Assembly (NCBI GenBank): GCA_965204375.1
Contig: OZ241986.1
Span: 1,824,001 to 1,888,000, forward strand
DNA length: 64,000 nucleotides
DNA from: Candidatus Latescibacterota bacterium
Lineage (GTDB): Bacteria; Latescibacterota; UBA2968
Reading direction: 5' to 3'
Shown here piece by piece: positions 38,543 to 46,443 of this stretch (positions are counted from its first letter, which is position 1; the number at the start of each line of letters is the position of its first letter). A program made the position numbers and the translations under genes. Under the pieces are notes generated by a model. That model was not told the DNA's origin. It saw only the letters and a program-made list of their open reading frames with translations, and searched no databases.

Positions 38543-40513
38543 ATGGCAGAATCCGCACAAAATATTCAAACATCAAGGCCGGTCGGCAGGAGTTTACGCA
38601 CGTATCGAACCGCTGTTGCGTCGGTCGCCATGATCCTGGTCAGTGTGCTGTGGAATGAATGGATGCCGTATTACACATCGGGATCCAATATCAGCCGCAG
38701 CCATTTTCCCGTAGCACTCTACTATCCCTTTTTAATTTTGTGTATATGCAACTTGCTGGCAAATCATCGGCGATCAACCTGGGCGTTGACGCGGTCGGAA
38801 TTGCTGGTGGTCATGGCTTCTGGGCTGGTCGGCATCTCGGTGTCTTACGACGGGATCAGCGGGCATCTGATCGGCGTGGTAGCCGCGCCTTATTATTTTG
38901 CCTCAACGGAAAACGGCTGGACCACGTACTTGCTCGAACACATCCCGAACTGGCTGGCGCCGACCAATGCGGGCGGAGAGATGACGCGGTTTTACGAGGG
39001 TGGAAAGGGAACATTCCCCTGGCGTGTATGGGTCACACCGATATTCTGGTGGACGTGTTTTTTGGGCGCAATGGGATTCGCGGTATTCAGCGTCGTGGTG
39101 ATTTTGCGAAAGCAATGGGTGGATTACGAGCGGTTGGCATATCCGCTTGTCGAGGTGGGCAGCCTGCTGACCGAGACCGAGCCTGGCGGCACGCTGGAAA
39201 AAATGCTCCGATCCCCATTGTTCTGGATCGCATTTGGCCTTGTGATGGCGTTAAAATTGTGGAATATCGGATCTTATTTTTCGCCGGCATTCCCGCATAT
39301 CTCTATTGAAGGAATGAACTGGCGGGCTTTTCCCGATTTTCCAGCATTGCCCTTTCGCCTCAGTTTTTACGCCATAGGTTTTGGCTATTTTGCGCGGTTG
39401 GATGTGTTGTTCAGCGTGTGGTTTTTTATCGTCTTGACGGCATTTCAGATCTATGCCTCGAATATTTTTGGATATCCCCTCGGTTCATCCAGTCTGCACT
39501 GGGAAAATGAGTTATTAAACTGGCAGAGCATGGGCGCACTCATTTTTCTCGCGGTGTGGGGCTTGTGGATGGCGCGCGCACATCTGAAAGCCGTGTGGCG
39601 CAAAGCGTGGGATCCGAGTTGTGAAATAGATGACCGCGGGGAGTTATTATCATATCGCACGGCTGTATTTGGCCTCGTGCTCTCACTCGTATTTGCAACG
39701 TGCTGGCTGGTCGCAACCGGCATGGCATTATGGGTTGCGATAGTATTTCTGATTCTGGCGATGTTGTTATTTTTGGGCCTGGCACGCGCTGTGTCCGAAC
39801 TGGGCCTGGTCTATGCCTATTATCGGTTGGAGCCAAATGACGCGGTCGTGCAGGCATTTGGCTCGGCATCCATCATGGGGGTTTCGAGCATCACCGCACT
39901 GGCATTTATGCGGGTATTCAATTTTTTTCCCGACATCGGCAAAGGCTTTTTGATGCCGTCGTTTTCGCAAGCGGTGAAAGCAGTGGATAAGACCGTAGCC
40001 CCCCGGCGGATCACAGGCGTGATCTGGGCGTCGCTCGCCGTGGGCTTTGTGATTTCGATTGTCAACACGCTCTACTTGAGTTATGAATACGGGGCTTATA
40101 ATCTGGGAAATATGGGCCTCAAAAACGTCGGCCCGCGGGCATTTGATTTTGCGATAAACGCCATCCGCAATCCCCTGGGACTCGGAGGTGATGGCCGCGT
40201 GATGTGGGCGGGAGTTGGTGCTGGTACAATGGCGATTTTGACCGTCATTCGCTACTGGATACCCGCCTGGCCCCTGCATCCAATTGGTCTGGCCATGCAA
40301 GGGAATTACGGCGTGAGTAAAACCGTATTCTCGGTATTTATTGTGTGGTCAATCAAAGTTGTCGTGATGAAGATGGGCGGTGTGCAGCTATACGAAAAAG
40401 GGAAACCGTTTTTCATCGGCCTGCTGGCAGCACAAGCGTTCAGCACGGGATTGGTATTTGTCATAGATTGCATCTGGTTCCCCCTGCAGGGACACAATGT
40501 ACACAATTTCTAA
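38543..40513 (+). CDS. Polytopic membrane protein, DUF6785/DUF6784-like (putative transporter), copy 1
   Basis: Many TM segments; ELLVV, LRKQWVDYERLAYPL, WPLHPIG, KPFFIGL. Confidence 0.7.
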   Translation: MAESAQNIQTSRPVGRSLRTYRTAVASVAMILVSVLWNEWMPYYTSGSNISRSHFPVALYYPFLILCICNLLANHRRSTWALTRSELLVVMASGLVGISVSYDGISGHLIGVVAAPYYFASTENGWTTYLLEHIPNWLAPTNAGGEMTRFYEGGKGTFPWRVWVTPIFWWTCFLGAMGFAVFSVVVILRKQWVDYERLAYPLVEVGSLLTETEPGGTLEKMLRSPLFWIAFGLVMALKLWNIGSYFSPAFPHISIEGMNWRAFPDFPALPFRLSFYAIGFGYFARLDVLFSVWFFIVLTAFQIYASNIFGYPLGSSSLHWENELLNWQSMGALIFLAVWGLWMARAHLKAVWRKAWDPSCEIDDRGELLSYRTAVFGLVLSLVFATCWLVATGMALWVAIVFLILAMLLFLGLARAVSELGLVYAYYRLEPNDAVVQAFGSASIMGVSSITALAFMRVFNFFPDIGKGFLMPSFSQAVKAVDKTVAPRRITGVIWASLAVGFVISIVNTLYLSYEYGAYNLGNMGLKNVGPRAFDFAINAIRNPLGLGGDGRVMWAGVGAGTMAILTVIRYWIPAWPLHPIGLAMQGNYGVSKTVFSVFIVWSIKVVVMKMGGVQLYEKGKPFFIGLLAAQAFSTGLVFVIDCIWFPLQGHNVHNF

Positions 40514-40519
40514 AGCGCA

Positions 40520-41545
40520 ATGATTACCCGAAGAACATTTATACAACAGAGTCTCGCAACTGCGGGTGCGCTGGCAATTGCCCCATCTGCTTTCGCGTCA
40601 AAACCACAGGTGATGACAGTAACCGGACCAATAGCCCTCGAGCAGATGGGGTTCACCCTCTCCCACGAACACATCATGTCCATTTTTGGTGGACAACCGG
40701 CCAAAGTGGCGCAATACGACGAAAAAAAATTATTCGTCAGGGTTATCCCCTATCTCAAAATGCTAAAAGTATTTGGCGTGCAAACGATTTGTGAATGCAC
40801 GGGGGCTTATTTTGGACGGCGCGTGGATTTGCTCCGGCGCATCTCACGAGAAACCGGGATGCAAATACTGACCAATACCGGGTATTTTGGCGCAGCGCAC
40901 GATCGCTATGTGCCAGCGCACGCCTTTGAAGAAACGGCAGATCAAATTGCCCAACGCTGGATTGATGAGTGGGAAAACGGGATTGACGGGACAGATATTC
41001 GCCCGGGATTTATCAAAATTGGCGTTGACCCCGGCATGCCCTCTGACATAGACAAAAAACTCATTTTGGCGGCGGGCAAAACCCATCTCAAAACGGGTCT
41101 GACAATTGTCTCGCACACAAGTGGAAGCACAGATGCGGCTGTCGAGCAGGTTGCGATGCTCGAACAAATGGGTGTACCCCCAGAAGCCTGGGTCTGGGCA
41201 CACGCACAACGCGTCAAGGATCTCGCCGACCTGACCCCCATAGCGCAGGCAGGTGCGTGGATCGGACTGGATAGTATTCGCGACGAAACCCTCAATCAAC
41301 ATCTCGATGTGCTGCGCCACATGAGAAGATTTGGCGTGTTGCCCCGGGTTTTGCTTTCTCACGATGGCAATTCATTTGGATATGGCGACCGTCCCTTTAA
41401 GCCTTATAATGCCATTTTTGACCAATTTATCCCACTAATGCGAAAAGCGAACTTTACCGATGAAGACATTCATCAGATCACAGTAAAAAATCCACAAGAA
41501 GCATTTGCCATTCGGATTCGCGAAGTACAGCAATCTGACTACTGA
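40520..41545 (+). CDS. Phosphotriesterase-family metallohydrolase with Tat signal
   Basis: TRRTFI Tat motif; VMTVTGPI, SHEHI, GFIKIG (carboxylated Lys), SHT, WAHA, LSHD. Confidence 0.88.
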   Translation: MITRRTFIQQSLATAGALAIAPSAFASKPQVMTVTGPIALEQMGFTLSHEHIMSIFGGQPAKVAQYDEKKLFVRVIPYLKMLKVFGVQTICECTGAYFGRRVDLLRRISRETGMQILTNTGYFGAAHDRYVPAHAFEETADQIAQRWIDEWENGIDGTDIRPGFIKIGVDPGMPSDIDKKLILAAGKTHLKTGLTIVSHTSGSTDAAVEQVAMLEQMGVPPEAWVWAHAQRVKDLADLTPIAQAGAWIGLDSIRDETLNQHLDVLRHMRRFGVLPRVLLSHDGNSFGYGDRPFKPYNAIFDQFIPLMRKANFTDEDIHQITVKNPQEAFAIRIREVQQSDY

Positions 41546-41563
41546 TAACAACCGGAGATAATC

Positions 41564-43006
41564 ATGAACCGACGCGAATTCATCAAACAAACTGCCGTAG
41601 CGACCGTTGCGATGCCATCGCTCCTTCGGGCGCAAACAGATGATCGCCCCAATATTGTATTGTTTTTAGCCGACGATATGACGTGGCGAGACTGTGGCGT
41701 ATATGGCAATGCAGAAGTGCAAACGCCAAATCTGGATCAATTATCGCGTGAAGGCATGCGTTTTGATGGGTGTTTTACCTCCACATCCATTTGCGCGCCC
41801 ACGCGACAGCAGTTGTACACCGGAATGTTTCCGATACGCAATGGCGCGTATCCCCAGGGGGGATTTGTACGTCCGGGTGTCAAGAGCATGGCGCATCATT
41901 TCAAAGCACTGGGATATCGCGTTGGAATCATTGGAAAACAACACTACGGACCGTCTGAATCATTTCCCTTTGAGGTATTAAAAACAACCAGAACCAATGA
42001 ATTGCTGGACGCCGATGCGTCAATCAGTGCTATTCAAGCCTTTATTGATCGGGAACCGGGTCAACCCTATTGTCTGGTGGTCGCATCTCGCAATCCCCAC
42101 CTGCCATATACAAAAGGCCCGCAGGACATGTACGATCCAGATAAAGTGACGATTCCACCGTATCTAATCGACACCTCTGAAACGCGAAAACGATTGGCGG
42201 CGTACTATGCCGAAATTACCGCGCTGGACGCCGAGTTGGGTCGGTGTTTGCAAGTCATATCAGATAACACACTCGTGGTTTTCTCCACCGAACAGGGATC
42301 GGCATTCCCCTATGGCGGCAAATGGACGTGTTATGAAAACGGGTTGCACACCGGGTTAATCATGCGCTGGCCTGGCAAAATTGAGGCGGGTTCTTCCTGC
42401 GATGCCCTCGTGCAATATGTGGATATTTTGCCAACGCTCCTACAAGTTGCAGGCGGCGATCCCACACAAATCGATACGGGCAGAGCAGGCGCGCCAGACG
42501 GGGGTTCAGGATTTGACGGGAAAAGTTTTTGGCATCTCGTCGCGGAAAATGGCAATCGCCACCGGGATTACGTATATGGCGCTTATACAAATCGCGGGGT
42601 TCGAGACGGGACAGATTACCCGATACGCTCGGTGCGCTCCAACAGATACAAATACATCGCAAATCTCAATCACGAAGGTGTGTTTCAATGCAATGTGACG
42701 CGATTTATGGACGAAATGGGATGGGCAGAAGCCGCTGAAAAAAATCCAGCACTCGCGCCCCGGGTACACGCCTTGAGACATCGTCCGGCAGTGGAATTTT
42801 ACGACCTGGAAAACGATCCCTACGAGTTGAAAAACCTGTCTGGAGACGCCCAATACGCAGGTATCATGAAAGAGATGCGGACAGAACTCGATGCGTGGAT
42901 GGCGCAGCAAAATGACCGCGGAATGGAGACAGAATTGGAAGCGTATGCCCACGTAAATCCAGCATCGGCAAAGTACAAGCAATATCGTGAATCTCAAAAT
43001 AAATAA
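41564..43006 (+). CDS. Cys-type sulfatase with Tat signal (sulfamidase-like)
   Basis: NRREFI Tat motif; PNIVLFLADD, CAPTR, GKQH, NPHLPY, FYDLENDPYELKNL. Confidence 0.9.
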   Translation: MNRREFIKQTAVATVAMPSLLRAQTDDRPNIVLFLADDMTWRDCGVYGNAEVQTPNLDQLSREGMRFDGCFTSTSICAPTRQQLYTGMFPIRNGAYPQGGFVRPGVKSMAHHFKALGYRVGIIGKQHYGPSESFPFEVLKTTRTNELLDADASISAIQAFIDREPGQPYCLVVASRNPHLPYTKGPQDMYDPDKVTIPPYLIDTSETRKRLAAYYAEITALDAELGRCLQVISDNTLVVFSTEQGSAFPYGGKWTCYENGLHTGLIMRWPGKIEAGSSCDALVQYVDILPTLLQVAGGDPTQIDTGRAGAPDGGSGFDGKSFWHLVAENGNRHRDYVYGAYTNRGVRDGTDYPIRSVRSNRYKYIANLNHEGVFQCNVTRFMDEMGWAEAAEKNPALAPRVHALRHRPAVEFYDLENDPYELKNLSGDAQYAGIMKEMRTELDAWMAQQNDRGMETELEAYAHVNPASAKYKQYRESQNK

Positions 43007-43022
43007 AAGACAGGAGAATTTT

Positions 43023-44459
43023 GTGTCCACGAGTAAAACAGATCAAAAAACAGCACCCTGGGGCGAGGGCGAACCTATTGGACGTGAGTATCCGTCGATA
43101 CCACTGCTCGAAAAAATCGCTTATGGCGTCGGTGTCTTGCCGATGAATACAAGTGTCAATTCGATCAAAAAGCTCTCAGGTCCCATTTTTAATATTACGC
43201 TGGGCCTGCATCCATTTCGCGTGGGCAATGTATTGTTGGCAGCGCGAATCTGGGATGCGATTACCGATCCCTTTATGGGATGGCTATCGGACAACACAAA
43301 ATCGCGCTGGGGAAGGCGCAGACCCTATCTCTTCCTGGGCGCGATTTTGACGGCTATTGGATACGCACTCATTTTGAACGTGCCCAAAGGCCTGAGTCAA
43401 GATGCACTGTATGCGTATTTTATGTTTGCCAGTCTGGGCCTCTATACCTGCGTCACCATTTTGCAAGTATCCTACAACAGCCTGGGATTTGAACTGAGCC
43501 ACAACTATCACGAGCGGACAAATATCTTTGCATACCGCTCTTTTTTTCAGCAGATCAGCAACATTCTCGTAAGTGCTCTCTTCTATTTTTGTACGCTCGA
43601 TATTTTTGGTGACACCATGACGGGAGCCAAATATGTCGGCATTGGCGTTGGCCTGGTCATCTTTTTATTTTTGTTACCCACTGTTTTTTTTGTGCGCGAA
43701 GGCCACGCAGAACAGGCGGCCAAACAGGAAAAAATGCCCGTATGGTGGGCGATTAAAACAACCCTGAAGACCAAACCATTTCTCATCCTGAGTAGCCTGA
43801 CGGTCGTAACCATTTTTGGTGGCAATTTCACCCTGGCATTGGGACCTTATGTCAACATCTATCACGTTGCTCAGGGCGATGTAAAATTCGGAGCCGAGAT
43901 ACAGGCGTACGCGGTTGCTATTGGAACCATTATATCCTTCGCCGCCATTCCCGTATTGACCTATTTATCCTCCCGAATCGGAAAGATCAAAACCCTTGGG
44001 ATTTCAATCTCCTCCCTTCTCCTCGGTTCTATTTTGAAGTGGTTTTGCTATACGCCAGCAATGCCCTATTTGCAACTCATCGTACAGCCTTTTGTCCGCA
44101 TCGGCGAAATGGGCTTCTGGCTCATTATTACGTCGATGAAAGCCGATATCTGCGATTGGGACGAATGGAAAACCGGCTTTCGGCGCGAAGGCATGTACGG
44201 CGCGGCAACGGGCTGGTTTCAAAAAGTGACACAGGCGACCACATTCGCGCTCGGACAGGGATATATTCTGGCAATCATTGGATTTGACGCTACAAAGGGT
44301 GTGGCACAAGATCCGGGTGTCATGTTCTGGATGCGTTTTCTCTTTGCCGTATTGCCCGCAATCCTGGCCGTGGCGGGATTGATCTTGTTGAAATTTTATG
44401 AAATCGACGACGAAAAGGCCAAAGAGATTAAGGCAGATTTGGATAAACGAAATAAGTAA
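43023..44459 (+). CDS. MFS transporter, glycoside-pentoside-hexuronide (MelB-like) family
   Basis: GTG 43023 follows AGGAG; RIWDAITDPFMGWLSDNTKSRWGRRRPY, ERT, ADICDWDEWKTGFRREG. Confidence 0.92.
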   Translation: MSTSKTDQKTAPWGEGEPIGREYPSIPLLEKIAYGVGVLPMNTSVNSIKKLSGPIFNITLGLHPFRVGNVLLAARIWDAITDPFMGWLSDNTKSRWGRRRPYLFLGAILTAIGYALILNVPKGLSQDALYAYFMFASLGLYTCVTILQVSYNSLGFELSHNYHERTNIFAYRSFFQQISNILVSALFYFCTLDIFGDTMTGAKYVGIGVGLVIFLFLLPTVFFVREGHAEQAAKQEKMPVWWAIKTTLKTKPFLILSSLTVVTIFGGNFTLALGPYVNIYHVAQGDVKFGAEIQAYAVAIGTIISFAAIPVLTYLSSRIGKIKTLGISISSLLLGSILKWFCYTPAMPYLQLIVQPFVRIGEMGFWLIITSMKADICDWDEWKTGFRREGMYGAATGWFQKVTQATTFALGQGYILAIIGFDATKGVAQDPGVMFWMRFLFAVLPAILAVAGLILLKFYEIDDEKAKEIKADLDKRNK

Positions 44460-44468
44460 GTGAAAATC

Positions 44469-46427
44469 ATGGCAGAGCGATTCAAACAAATCTCGGAAAC
44501 AACACCCGTGCGGGCGGTGACAACGCGATCGGTAATTGCATCGATAGTGGTGATTACTACAAGCGTGCTGTGGAATGAGTGGATGCCGTACTACACGTCG
44601 GGATCGAACATCAGCCGCAGCCATTTCCCCATGGCGTTTTTCTTTCCGTTTTTGATAGCCTGTACACTCAATCTGGCATTGAATCACTTGCGGGCGGGAT
44701 GGGGGCTTTCGCGGTCGGAACTGCTGGTGGTTCTGGGATCGGGCTTTGTGGGGATCGCGCTGGCTTACGACGGGTTGACCGGACACTTCTTCGGCGTTCT
44801 GGCAGCCCCTTATTATTTTTCATCCGTGGAAAACGGATGGGGTTTTATACACGACACCATCCCCGCATGGCTCGCACCCTCGAATGCCACGGGTGAAATG
44901 ACGCGATTTTTTGAAGGCGGGGGCGGGTCCCCTCCGTGGCGCGTGTGGGCGGTACCCATTTTCTGGTGGATGTGCTTTTTCGGCGCAATGGGCTTTGGGG
45001 TATTTTGCCTGGTCGTAATTTTGCGAAAGCAATGGGTGGATTACGAGCGCCTGGCATATCCACTTGTCGAAGTCGCACAATCTCTTGCAGAGACAGAAAA
45101 GGGCGGCGGATTGGAAAAAACCTTTCGCTCTCCCCTATTCTGGATCGCATTTTCCCTGGTCATGCTCTTGAAATTGTGGAATATCGCGTCTTATTTTACC
45201 CCGGCATTTCCGCATATAGACATTGAAGAAACACTGTGGCAACCGATTCCAGATTTTCCCTGGATGGTAAACCGCCTGAGTTTCTACGCCATTGGATTCG
45301 GGTATTTCGCGCGCCTGGATGTGCTGTTCAGCGTGTGGTTCTTCATTATTTTGACGGCGTTTCAGGTATATGTATTCAATATATTCGGGTATCAAATCGG
45401 TGCTGCAACCCGGCACTGGACGAGCGATGCCCTGGGCTGGCAAAGCATTGGTGCCTTGATCTTTTTATCTGCCTGGGGATTATGGATGGCGCGCGCACAT
45501 TTGAAAGCCGTGGTGCGAAAAGCCCTGTATCCCAATTGCGAGGTGGATGATAGCGGCGAGTTATTGTCCTATCGCATGGCGGTGTTCGGCTTATTGGGAG
45601 CATTCGCATTTGTCTCGGCGTGGCTATATACGGCGGGCATGCCCTTGTGGGTGGTATTCTCCTTTCTCATTTTGGCGATGCTGCTATTCCTGGGCCTTGC
45701 CCGCGCCATCGCAGAATTGGGCCTGGTCTATGTGTATTATCGCATTCAGCCTCACGATGCCGTGGTACAGGCATTTGGTTCGAGTATGGTCGGGCTTTCC
45801 GGTGTGGTGGTCCTCGGGTTTATGCATGTGTTTAATCAGTGGCCCGATATTGGCAAGGGATTTTTGATGCCGCCGTTCACGCAAGCGGTAAAAGCGGTAG
45901 ATAAGGTCGTCAGCCCGCGGCGAATTACAGCGGTACTGTGGCTGGCACTGGCACTGGGCTTCACCATCTCAATAGTGGATACGCTGTATTTGAGTTATGA
46001 ATACGGAGCCTATAATTTGGGCAATATGGGGATGAAGAAGACGGGACCTGTGGCGTTTGATTTTGTGATCACGGAAATTCGGAATCCCATGGCGCCCGGC
46101 GGCAATGGCAGGGTCATGTGGGCATTTATCGGGATGGGACTGATGGCGATTTTGACGACCATTCGCTACTGGGTGCCGTGGTGGCCCCTGCACCCGATTG
46201 GCCTGGCTATGCAGGGGAACTACGGCGTGAGCAAGACCGTATTTTCGATTTTTATTGTCTGGTCAATCAAAGCGGTGGTCATGAAAATGGGCGGCGTGCA
46301 ATTGTACGAAAGGGGAAAGCCGTTTTTCATCGGCCTGCTGGCAGCACAGGCGGTGAGCACGGGCCTGGTCTTTATCATAGATTGGTTCTGGTTCCCCCTG
46401 CAAGGGCATAATGTGCACAATTTTTAG
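44469..46427 (+). CDS. Polytopic membrane protein, DUF6785/DUF6784-like (putative transporter), copy 2
   Basis: Paralog of 38543-40513 with identical blocks SVLWNEWMPYYTSGSNISRSHFP and FPLQGHNVHNF. Confidence 0.7.
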   Translation: MAERFKQISETTPVRAVTTRSVIASIVVITTSVLWNEWMPYYTSGSNISRSHFPMAFFFPFLIACTLNLALNHLRAGWGLSRSELLVVLGSGFVGIALAYDGLTGHFFGVLAAPYYFSSVENGWGFIHDTIPAWLAPSNATGEMTRFFEGGGGSPPWRVWAVPIFWWMCFFGAMGFGVFCLVVILRKQWVDYERLAYPLVEVAQSLAETEKGGGLEKTFRSPLFWIAFSLVMLLKLWNIASYFTPAFPHIDIEETLWQPIPDFPWMVNRLSFYAIGFGYFARLDVLFSVWFFIILTAFQVYVFNIFGYQIGAATRHWTSDALGWQSIGALIFLSAWGLWMARAHLKAVVRKALYPNCEVDDSGELLSYRMAVFGLLGAFAFVSAWLYTAGMPLWVVFSFLILAMLLFLGLARAIAELGLVYVYYRIQPHDAVVQAFGSSMVGLSGVVVLGFMHVFNQWPDIGKGFLMPPFTQAVKAVDKVVSPRRITAVLWLALALGFTISIVDTLYLSYEYGAYNLGNMGMKKTGPVAFDFVITEIRNPMAPGGNGRVMWAFIGMGLMAILTTIRYWVPWWPLHPIGLAMQGNYGVSKTVFSIFIVWSIKAVVMKMGGVQLYERGKPFFIGLLAAQAVSTGLVFIIDWFWFPLQGHNVHNF

Positions 46428-46443
46428 AGAATGCCCATACGCC

